Source: Alphaproteobacteria bacterium (lineage in GTDB: Bacteria > Pseudomonadota > Alphaproteobacteria > UBA7887). From it: a stretch of 64,000 nucleotides of DNA. Within the stretch, counting starts at the first letter, position 1; each line of letters begins with the position of its first letter. This document shows, piece after piece, positions 38,806 to 47,579 of this stretch. Below the pieces are notes generated by a model. That model was not told the origin of the DNA and did no database searches. It saw nothing but the letters and a program-made list of their open reading frames with translations. The position numbers and the translations under genes were made by a program. The stretch covers positions 719,047 to 783,046 of the forward strand of contig OZ241752.1 of assembly GCA_965201155.1 (NCBI GenBank), written 5' to 3'.

Positions 38806-41140
38806 TCAGTCGGCGCCGGCAGCGACCTTGCCACTGTCCCCGTCGGCGCTGTCCGCATCGTCGGGCGGCGGGTCCGCTGGGGTGATATCGAACGCAGCCT
38901 TTCCTTCCTCGACGCGCACCTTCACATGGCCGCCCTGTGTCAGGCTGCCGAACAACAGGGCTTCGGCCAGGGGCTTCTTGATGTGCTCCTGAATGACGCG
39001 CGCCAGGGGGCGTGCGCCGTACAGCCTGTCATAGCCCTTTTCCGCAAGCCAGCGGCGCGCATCGTCGGTGAGTTCGATAGTGACGGCGCGGTCGGCCAGC
39101 TGGGCCTCAAGCTGGACAATGAACTTGTCGACCACGCGATGCACGATTTCCGGCGGCAGATTGGAAAAGCCGATAATCGCGTCGAGCCGGTTGCGGAACT
39201 CCGGTGTGAACATCCGGTCGATGACTTCGCGGTCATCGCCGGTGCGCGCCTCGCGTCCAAAGCCGATTGCCGGCTTGGCAAGTTCGGACGCGCCGGCATT
39301 GGTCGTCATGATGAGGATGACATTGCGGAAATCCACCGATTTTCCGTTGTGGTCGGTGAGCTTTCCGTGGTCCATCACCTGCAGGAGTATGTTGAACAGG
39401 TCGGGATGCGCCTTTTCGATTTCATCGAGCAGGAGCACAGCGTGCGGGTGCTGGTCGATGGCGTCGGTGAGGAGCCCGCCCTGATCGAAGCCGACATAGC
39501 CCGGCGGCGCGCCAATGAGCCGCGAAACAGTATGGCGCTCCATATATTCGGACATGTCGAAGCGGGTGAGTTCAATCCCCATGATCGCAGCGAGTTGGCG
39601 TGCGACTTCCGTCTTGCCGACACCCGTGGGGCCGGAAAACAGGTAGTTGCCGATCGGCTTTTCCGGTTCGCGCAAGCCGGCGCGGGCCAGCTTGATGGCG
39701 CCGGTAAGCGTCTCGATGGCTGAATCCTGCCCGAACACGACGGTTTTCAGACTGGTTTCCAGCGAAGAAAGCATGGCCTTGTCGTCACGGCTGACGCTCT
39801 TCGGGGGAATGCGGGCGATCTTCGCGACGATGCGTTCGATTTCATCTTCGTTGATGGTGGTCTTGCGGCGGTCTTCGGGCAGCAATACCTGGGCAGCGCC
39901 GACTTCGTCGATGACATCGATCGCCTTGTCGGGCAATTTCCGGTCGCCGATATAACGCGCCGACAGCTTGACCGCGGAACGCAGGGCGTCGTCGGTATAT
40001 TCCACCCGGTGATATTCCTCGTAATAGGGCTTGAGGCCCTCGAGAATCTTCACGGCATCGTCGATGGACGGCTCGTCTATGTCGATTTTCTGGAAGCGGC
40101 GAACGAGCGCGCGGTCTTTTTCGAAGTAGTTTCGATATTCCTTGTATGTGGTCGACCCCATGCAGCGCAGGCTGCCGTTTTGCAGGGCGGGCTTGAGCAG
40201 ATTGGAAGCGTCCATGGCGCCGCCGGAGGTGGCGCCCGCGCCGATCACCGTGTGAATTTCATCGACGAACAGGATGGCGCCGTCATGCTGTTCCAGTTCG
40301 GCGAGCACGGCCTTCACTCGCTCCTCGAAATCGCCGCGATAGCGTGTGCCGGCAAGCAGCGAACGAACCCATGTCGAGGGCAAATATGACAGCGTTGTCG
40401 AGGACATCCGGCACTTCGCCGTCAACGATGCGCTTGGCGAGACCTTCGGCAATGGCAGTCTTGCCAACCCCCGGGTCGCCGACAAACAGCGGATTGTTCT
40501 TGGTGCGCCGGCATAATATCTGCACCGTGCGCTCCACTTCGTCGCCGCGGCCGATAAGCGGATCGATGCGCCCGTCGCGTGCTTTCTGGTTGAGGTCGAC
40601 GCAATAGGCTTCGAGGGCCGCCTGCCCCTGCTTGGCGTTTTTCTCGTCCTCCTGTTCGGCGCCTTCCTTGTTGGCGCCTGAAGGGGTGCGCGAGTCGGAC
40701 ATGCCGGGCCGCTTGGCGACGCCGTGGCTGATATAGCTCACGGCATCGAGCCGGGTCATGTCCTGCTGCTGCATGAAATACACGGCGTGCGATTCGCGTT
40801 CCGAGAAGATCGCGACAAGCACATTGGCGCCTGTAACTTCCTGGCGGCCGGAGTTCTGCACATGGTGCACTGCGCGCTGGATGACCCGCTGGAAACTTGC
40901 GGTGGGGCGGGCATCGGAGGTCGGTTCGGGAAGCAGGACCGACCCGTCCTCATCGAGAAAATCCTCAAGAGCGGCGCGCAACTTGTCGATGTCGACATTG
41001 CAGGCGCGCAATACGGCGACCGAGTCCTGATCTTCGGTGAGCGACAGCAGCAGATGTTCGAGCGTTGCGAACTCGTGCCCGCGCGCATTGGCGTGAGCAA
41101 GTGCGCGATGCAGCGATTCTTCCAGCGTTTTGGACAACAT
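38806..41140 (-). pseudogene. clpA: ATP-dependent Clp protease ATP-binding subunit ClpA, interrupted by a +4 frameshift (tandem TTCG duplication at about 40360-40367)
   Basis: Two ORFs (40283..41140 N-terminal, 38806..40485 C-terminal) together encode a complete ClpA: N-domain, AAA+ D1 with [10 protein letters not shown]2 with GPTGVGKTE. On the coding strand the junction reads ggTTCGTTCGctg, which breaks the conserved [18 protein letters not shown]. Confidence 0.6.
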
Positions 41141-41156
41141 GGCTCGGCTCTCCGGA

Positions 41157-41486
41157 TCAATCTTTTTCGAGCGTGCACTGAAGCGGATGCTGGTTCTGCT
41201 TCGCGAAATCCATCACCTGCGTCACCTTGCTTTCAGCAACTTCATAGGAATATACGCCGCAGATGCCGACACCGCGCCGGTGCACATGCAGCATGATGCG
41301 GGTTGCCTCCTCGCGCGACTTGCGAAAAAACCGCTCCAGCACGTACACGACGAACTCCATGGGCGTGTAGTCGTCATTGAGTAGCAACACCTTGTACATA
41401 GAGGGTTTCTTGGTGCGAGGCTTGGTTCGCGTCACGGTGCCCACATGGAGGCCGCCGCCGTCGCGATCGTCGTCGTCGTCCGCCAT
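41157..41486 (-). CDS. clpS: ATP-dependent Clp protease adaptor ClpS
   Basis: 109 aa. Acidic N-terminus (MADDDDD) followed by the ClpS core [24 protein letters not shown]. Immediately upstream of clpA. Confidence 0.9.
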   Translation of the reverse strand: MADDDDDRDGGGLHVGTVTRTKPRTKKPSMYKVLLLNDDYTPMEFVVYVLERFFRKSREEATRIMLHVHRRGVGICGVYSYEVAESKVTQVMDFAKQNQHPLQCTLEKD

Positions 41487-41955
41487 TGCGGTGCGCCGTC
41501 GGGCTGGAAGGGGGTGAGGCATCGCTATCACACCCTCAAGACGGCCTCTCGTCTGACGGACTGCCGCGTCCTGCATCTCTGCGCTGCCTCTCTGCCGGCA
41601 CGGTCGGTTGCCTGTCATGATAGCCCATTCCCGCCCGCCGCATAACCCGCGCCTTGCGGCGCGCCAAGTCCACAGGAAGCGGGATTTGCGAGCGTGCCGG
41701 CTGTCGTCGCACGAAGCCACCTAAATTCCGGTAATGCATCGGGGCGCGAGAGACGAGCCATACAGGCTACACAACGGCCAGTTAGTGCTATAGGCCTTCC
41801 GCCATTCCGTGGCCCGGTTCCGGGTACTCGCATTACCAATGCGCCGACCGACCGAACGCTGGTCACATAACCGCATTCATCTTCCGATGGTTTGAACGAT
41901 CAGCAAGCAAGAGCGAAGCGTTCCTAGATGGGAGGTTCACATACCTCAAATTCAC

Positions 41956-42149
41956 TCAACGATCAGCCAAACGTCGCAATTCAGCTTGATACCGAGATAT
42001 CAAGACATTGATCGGCTCCGCGCGCTTAAAGAATGTTTGAGAGTCAACACCGTCCTCGGCGGTCAGTTTCGCAGCATTTCTTATCGTTTTGATAGCCCCT
42101 TTTCCCACTTGATTAGTCCAGTTTGGGAAACCCACCTGCGCGACCTTAA
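41956..42149 (-). pseudogene. Fic/Doc-family protein, displaced 3' portion (last 63 codons)
   Basis: Removing the IS and one TTAA copy joins ...EEVGVK to VAQVGFPNW... in a single frame, giving a 296-aa ORF that ends at 41956. Confidence 0.7.
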
Positions 42150-43432
42150 GGGAGGCTCTCAAAATCGCCTACTTTTCTCATTTATGTTGTATAATCCGGG
42201 TTGTTGTCTCGGGAGGCGGATTTGATGGGCATGCCGGGTTTTTTCGATCTTGAAGAACGGTTCGCAAAGCTTGACGGATTGGGCGATCCGTTGGCGAAGC
42301 TGTCCGGTTCTGTGAACTGGGAAGGGTTTCGCCCGGCGCTGGACGCGGCACTGTCGAAGCCGCGCAAGAGCAATGCCGGTCGCAGGGAATACGACCGGGT
42401 TCTCATGTTCCGGGTTCTGGTCTTGCAGCAAATGTACAACCTGAGCGACGACCAGACAGAGTTCCAGATCCGGGACCGCTATTCGTTCGCCCGGTTCCTG
42501 GGGCTGCATCCCGAGGATACGGTGCCCGATGCAAAGACCATCTGGCGGTTTCGGGAGAACCTGAAACTCGCGGAGGCGTTTGACAGCCTGTTTTCGGAAC
42601 TGTCCTCGCAGATCGAGGACCAGGGCTATGTGGCGCGCAGGGGACAGATCGTGGATGCGAGCTTTGTGAAGGCGCCGCGTCAACGCAACAGCCGCGACGA
42701 GAACGCACAGGTGAAGGCGGGGAAGGTTCCGTCCGAATGGTCGCAGAAGAAGCGTCGTCACAAGGACACCGACGCACGCTGGACGCGCAAGAGAAATGAA
42801 ACCCATTACGGATACAAGAACCACATCAGCGTGGACCGTGCGTATCGTCTTGTCCGTCGCTGGGAGGCGAGCGATGCGGCGTGTCACGACAGCAAGATGT
42901 TCGAACAGGTGCTTGATGAGACGAATACCAGTGGCGCTGTCTGGGCCGACAGTGCCTACAGCAGTCGCCACCATGAGGCGTTGCTGGCCGAACGAGGCTG
43001 GCGCAGCCACATTCACCGCAAGGGGCATCGCAACCGCCCCTTGCCTGTGCGCTCCCAGGAAGCCAACCGCAAGCGTTCGAAGGTGCGCGCGGTCGTCGAA
43101 CATGTCTTTGCTCAACACGAAGCGATGGGCGGCAAGCGGGTCAGGACTATCGGCATGGTCCGGGCACGCTTCAAGATCGGCATGATGAACCTGGTGTACA
43201 ACCTGCGCCGGCTTGTCTGGCTGCGGGCGAACCACCGGCCCCTCTGCTGCGACAGGGTTCAATAGAATGCCGAACACGGGGGGCCTATGTGCCCTGTGAA
43301 CCGTTTCAGGCTCTCCAACCGCTGTCGGGAACCGTTTTCCCCACCTGATCCGTAGTTCCACCGACTCTTTCATCCCCACAAAACCGACAAATCAACCAAG
43401 GAAAACAAGAAATCAAATTACGAGAGCCTCCC
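42150..43432 (+). mobile_element. IS5-family insertion sequence (about 1283 bp) with terminal inverted repeats GGGAGGCTCTC and a 4-bp TTAA target-site duplication
   Basis: Left end GGGAGGCTCTC at 42150-42160, right end GAGAGCCTCCC at 43422-43432. Flanking direct repeats TTAA at 42146-42149 and 43433-43436, consistent with IS5 insertion into YTAR targets. A single transposase ORF lies inside. Confidence 0.85.
42201..43265 (+). CDS. IS5-family DDE transposase
   Basis: 354-aa ORF with an N-terminal DUF772-like region (FRVLVLQQMYNLSDDQTE) and a DDE domain. The likely start is MGMPGFF at 42225. Confidence 0.85.
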   Translation: MLSREADLMGMPGFFDLEERFAKLDGLGDPLAKLSGSVNWEGFRPALDAALSKPRKSNAGRREYDRVLMFRVLVLQQMYNLSDDQTEFQIRDRYSFARFLGLHPEDTVPDAKTIWRFRENLKLAEAFDSLFSELSSQIEDQGYVARRGQIVDASFVKAPRQRNSRDENAQVKAGKVPSEWSQKKRRHKDTDARWTRKRNETHYGYKNHISVDRAYRLVRRWEASDAACHDSKMFEQVLDETNTSGAVWADSAYSSRHHEALLAERGWRSHIHRKGHRNRPLPVRSQEANRKRSKVRAVVEHVFAQHEAMGGKRVRTIGMVRARFKIGMMNLVYNLRRLVWLRANHRPLCCDRVQ

Positions 43433-44133
43433 TTAACACCAACTTCTTCCTTTTCACCCAATATACCAAACACTTTTCGCCGTTCTTCTATTCGCACCAG
43501 ATCAATTGTATTTCCTCTAGGATTTTGAAGATCATAGCCGAACGAGTTCAATATAGTTTTTAGTTCTCTAAAAGTGACCGTGTAGTATTTTTTATCTAAC
43601 TTTCGCGTATGCTTTTTCAAGAAATAGGATATATAATTGACTTGAGCATCAGCTTTATCTGAGCACTTTCGCTCTAATTCTTGATAACGCCTGGATTTAC
43701 GGAAATTACCTTTGGCCACATCTACCGCAAAATCCTCTAACTCTCTGTGGCCTATTATCGGAACTAAGTTTAACTTTTGAAGATGATAAACTAACGACAA
43801 AAAAGCCGTTCTCTTGTTAGCGTCGTAAAATGGATGATCTTTAATCAAACCAAAAAATAACGTTGCGCAGATATCCCAATTGGACTCCCATTTTCGTCTT
43901 CCGGCGAACATAACATGTTGACGATGAAGTGCAGAATGAAGAAGATTCATGTCCTTGGGTCCGATACCGCCCAGCCCACGTCCTCGAGCAAAGAAGTGAT
44001 CAGCAATCAAGTAGTGCGCTTTTAGCACATCCTTTATTCCAAGATAACCCGGCCCAGAATAGGGATCTTCATCGTCGAGTGATGCCAAAGATGATTGATA
44101 GGATATCCGAATTGGCTCAGCTAAGTACTGCAC
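43433..44133 (-). pseudogene. Fic/Doc (Fido)-family protein, 5' portion (codons 1 to about 233), truncated by the IS5 insertion
   Basis: Doc-type active-site motif HPFYDANKR (HxFx[D/N][A/G]NKR). About 45% GC, against about 65% for the window. The frame continues into the IS end. Confidence 0.75.
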
Positions 44134-44222
44134 GCTGTCTCTTCCCTCATTCTCGTACCAACCGGCTAGGCGGTGAATTCAACCGCAAGCGCAATAATCT
44201 GGGGGCCTTCGTCGAGTTGTCT

Positions 44223-44558
44223 TCAGGGTGATGCGGTGTGCAGCAATCGCCGCATGGCCGTGTCAAAGCTGTAGACGCCACCCAGCGATTCACTGGAGTG
44301 CGATGCGGCGCGCAATGCCTTGAACACGATCAGCGCATCGGTGAAGTCGGTCCCATCTGCCGGCACGGCATTCCGGTACGCTTGCAGGGCGTGCCACACA
44401 ACCTGTTCATCCTCGAAACGAATATTGGTGTCGTTGAACAGCCCTTCAAGAACCCTCACAAGTTCTGCTTTGGTCAGCCGATATTTGCGCCCGGCGAGAG
44501 TCCATACAGCTTCCGCCAGCACAACATCGGTGATCACCACGGTCCCTGCAGCATCCAT
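44223..44558 (-). CDS. PIN-domain (VapC-like) toxin
   Basis: 111 aa with PIN acidic residues: N-terminal VVITDVV (first Asp), middle RFEDEQ, and C-terminal DFTDALIV plus FDTA. 89 bp upstream of the Fic/Doc gene on the same strand. Confidence 0.65.
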   Translation of the reverse strand: MDAAGTVVITDVVLAEAVWTLAGRKYRLTKAELVRVLEGLFNDTNIRFEDEQVVWHALQAYRNAVPADGTDFTDALIVFKALRAASHSSESLGGVYSFDTAMRRLLHTASP

Positions 44559-45162
44559 GACAGAGTCCGCACGCGCCGCCTGAGCCTCGTCATCATGCAG
44601 CAGTTAGCGGAGCAGAACATTGCTATCCACGACGATCAAGGCGTCGACCCGTCAAGAGCATCCTGCGAGGAATCCTCGTCGGCAATTGCAGTGTCGCCGG
44701 CTATGTTCCGAAGGATCCCCTTGGCCGCGCCGGCAGTCTTCGGCACAATGGTAATTCGACCTTCGGCGACAAAGCTGCGGTATTCGCTCCCCGGCTCGAT
44801 CCCGACTTCCCTGTACTGATTGATGGGGGGAGGGTGATCTGGCGTTTTGCGCGCGCTCGCGGCATCGGATGGTCCTTCCCGGCATGGCGGGCTCGGGTTT
44901 GCAATGCCATTTTCTTTACCATTCCCCAAATTGCCGCGAGGCCAGTCCGCCCCGGCGAAACAGCACAATCGCGCATAGCACGCCGGATTGGCGGCCTTGC
45001 CGGGGTCGGGAGAGAGGCGCTGGGAAAACAGGCGGCGGCCCTGCGCCGGGGAGATGCATAAAGTATTGAAAGAATGAACTGTTTCGGACGGTATGTCGGG
45101 CGGGGATTTTGTGCTTGTCAGGTTTTGAATTTCATGATAGCCTAGTGTCAGAACTTCACGGG

Positions 45163-45196
45163 GCCTCTTCACGGGGCCTCTTCACGTATTAAGAGT
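45163..45196 (+). repeat. tandem 13-bp direct repeat (CTTCACGGGGCCT, 2.5 copies) in the 5' leader of the lipoprotein gene
   Basis: The sequence reads cttcacggggcctcttcacggggcctcttcacg. An imperfect hairpin agaggcctcgtaagaggtctct follows at 45207-45228. Confidence 0.8.
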
Positions 45197-45262
45197 AGAG
45201 GCCTCGTAAGAGGTCTCTCACTGGAGGCTCCCCAACCGAATCATTATGGGGGTCCTCCATCA

Positions 45263-46948
45263 ATGACACTTCCAAGAAGCTCTCTCGCGGTCATGTTGGC
45301 CGCGCTTGTTGCGGCGGGCTGCAGCGATAGTGATAGCTCGCCCCCTGCCATGCCACAAACTCCGCCTGAAACGCCTGCACCGACGGTCCATAACCTGGAA
45401 CTCCCGGCGGGCGACCTTGGCTCGCTTGCCGCCGGTATGCTGATGCTTGGCGCTGGCGATACCGCAACCCGCGGCAATGTCGAGTTTTCGTGCCCTGCCG
45501 GTGGAGATGCGTGCAGTATCGAAGTCATGGACAGTGTCGGCACGCTGACAGCGCAGTCGACCGGCGGCATGGCGACGGCCATGATGGTCGAGATGCTGGA
45601 AGATCCGATGCCGACGGTCCATATGCTGGAACTCCCGGCCGGCGACCTCGGCTCGCTTGGCGCCGGTATGCTGATGCTTGGCGCCGGCGATACCGCAACC
45701 CGCGGCAATGTCGAGTTTTCGTGCCCTGCCGGTGGAGATGCGTGCAGTATCGAAGTCACGGACAGCCTCGGCACGCTGACAGCGAAGTCGACCGGCGGCA
45801 TGGCGACGGCCATGATGGTCGAGATGCATGTTGACCCGGATCCGGCGGTCCATAGCGTCATGCTGCCGAGCGGCGCCAAGGCCGGCGGCCTCTCCGCAGG
45901 CAACACCATGGTCACCGCCGGCGCCAGCAGGATGGTCGGCAATTTCGTTTTCACCTGCGCCGCCGGCGCGATGGATTGTAACATTGAAGTGTATGAGAAC
46001 CTCGGAGTTCTCATGGCCAAATCAACCGGCGGCATGGCAACGGTGATACCGTTGTCGATGTACCTGCCGGGCGATACGCCCACATCTCCGGCCACGGCCT
46101 TCGGTTTCCTCAATGACGAGATGCTGCCTGATATCTCGATGTGGAAGATGGACGGCGGCAAGTTGGTGAAGCCGATGACCAAGAAGGAGGCTTTTGCAGC
46201 GGCGATTACGGGCGCCAACGATACAACCACCGGGGTTATGTCTCACATAGAGCTCGACAATGGAAGTCGTGTCGGCGTTAGTGGATTTTCCATGGTAGGA
46301 GATGGCAAAGGCATGGAATATAGCCAGCTAGCCATGGCCGGAGGTTATCTACGTGGCGACACAACGGCAGATTCCTCAGACCTTGGTGGGTTCGACGGAT
46401 ATAGCCTGATGGGTGCCCTGACCACTGGCGCGGACAGAAGTTGGACCGCTGAGGCGCTGGTTTTCTCGGACGGGGCTGAGGACGGAGCCACAAACTTCGG
46501 CATCTGGGCTGCTGATTTTGGAGATGTCCACAGTGCTGACCTCATGAGGGTGGGCGTGTTTGCTCAACTGCCGAGCATGGCCGGGAGTAGCTTTGCGGAT
46601 GATGTTTTAGGCGGCATGGCCACCTACTCCGGTGGAGCCGCTGGCTTTATCGCCGGCAACGACATGAATGATGTCTGGACAGGCGTGGTCGACCTGAATG
46701 CCAATTTCACGCAGGGAAATGAAACTATCGGCGGCATGATCAGAAGTGGCAGCATCCCGACCATTACACTTAGCCCCCAACGCGTTGACGCCATCTCGAC
46801 CATGATGAAAGGTCGCGCGTTGGCCAAAGTGGCGGGTGCGCCGGAAGGAAGATGGAACTGGGCCTTCAGCGATGACGCAGGGCAAGTCGGCGGCACGGTT
46901 GATGTATCCAACATCATCGGTGCTTTCGGCGCGCACCGGAACTACTAG
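45263..46948 (+). CDS. surface lipoprotein with three N-terminal 77-aa Cys-pair modules (two near-identical) and a TbpB/fHbp-like C-terminal beta-barrel domain. Methionine-rich.
   Basis: Signal peptide plus lipobox LVAAGC. Modules carry FSCPAGGDACSIEV and a recurring STGGMATAMMVEM motif. C-terminal pattern GGMATYSGGAAGFIA...VWTGVVDLNANFTQGN.TIGGMI...GRWNWAFS...VGGTVDV.NIIGAFGA matches lipoprotein 8-strand barrel handles. Confidence 0.8.
   Translation: MTLPRSSLAVMLAALVAAGCSDSDSSPPAMPQTPPETPAPTVHNLELPAGDLGSLAAGMLMLGAGDTATRGNVEFSCPAGGDACSIEVMDSVGTLTAQSTGGMATAMMVEMLEDPMPTVHMLELPAGDLGSLGAGMLMLGAGDTATRGNVEFSCPAGGDACSIEVTDSLGTLTAKSTGGMATAMMVEMHVDPDPAVHSVMLPSGAKAGGLSAGNTMVTAGASRMVGNFVFTCAAGAMDCNIEVYENLGVLMAKSTGGMATVIPLSMYLPGDTPTSPATAFGFLNDEMLPDISMWKMDGGKLVKPMTKKEAFAAAITGANDTTTGVMSHIELDNGSRVGVSGFSMVGDGKGMEYSQLAMAGGYLRGDTTADSSDLGGFDGYSLMGALTTGADRSWTAEALVFSDGAEDGATNFGIWAADFGDVHSADLMRVGVFAQLPSMAGSSFADDVLGGMATYSGGAAGFIAGNDMNDVWTGVVDLNANFTQGNETIGGMIRSGSIPTITLSPQRVDAISTMMKGRALAKVAGAPEGRWNWAFSDDAGQVGGTVDVSNIIGAFGAHRNY
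45380..45841 (+). repeat. tandem direct repeat of 2 x 231 bp, about 94% identical, within the lipoprotein coding sequence
   Basis: Copy 1 spans 45380-45610 and copy 2 spans 45611-45841. Both begin ccgacggtccat and both contain ...ggcaatgtcgagttttcgtgccctgccggtggagatgcgtgcagtatcgaagtc... Confidence 0.9.
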
Positions 46949-46999
46949 TCACAAGGTGTTTTGCGTCCCCAGTTGAGCCCGTCTGTCGGACGCAAAGCG

Positions 47000-47026
47000 G
47001 AAGGGCGGCGCCGGTCGCCGCCCTTC
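47000..47026. terminator. GC-rich hairpin between the convergent lipoprotein and osmC genes; possible bidirectional terminator
   Basis: Perfect 11-bp stem GAAGGGCGGCG / CGCCGCCCTTC with a 5-nt loop. There is no clear U-tract. Confidence 0.4.
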
Positions 47027-47054
47027 CTTCGTGAGATGCGCCGGGTTTCGACGG

Positions 47055-47579
<525 letters not shown>

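Noticed and set aside
44607-44795. An AbrB/MazE-like antitoxin ORF upstream of the PIN gene, considered as a feature.
   Set aside because: The only convincing segment (EVGIEPGSEYRSFVAEGRITIVPK) has no ATG, GTG or TTG start in a sensible position. The long in-frame upstream extension is non-protein-like. It is kept as a finding (a decayed antitoxin) instead of a called CDS.
45163-45196. Whether the short tandem repeat could be a CRISPR array.
   Set aside because: It has only 2.5 copies of a 13-mer, with no spacers and no cas genes. It is a simple tandem repeat in a 5' leader.
45380-45841. Whether the 231-bp tandem repeat could be a mobile element or satellite.
   Set aside because: It is in frame within a lipoprotein coding sequence and encodes repeated protein modules. 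It is annotated as an intragenic tandem duplication instead.
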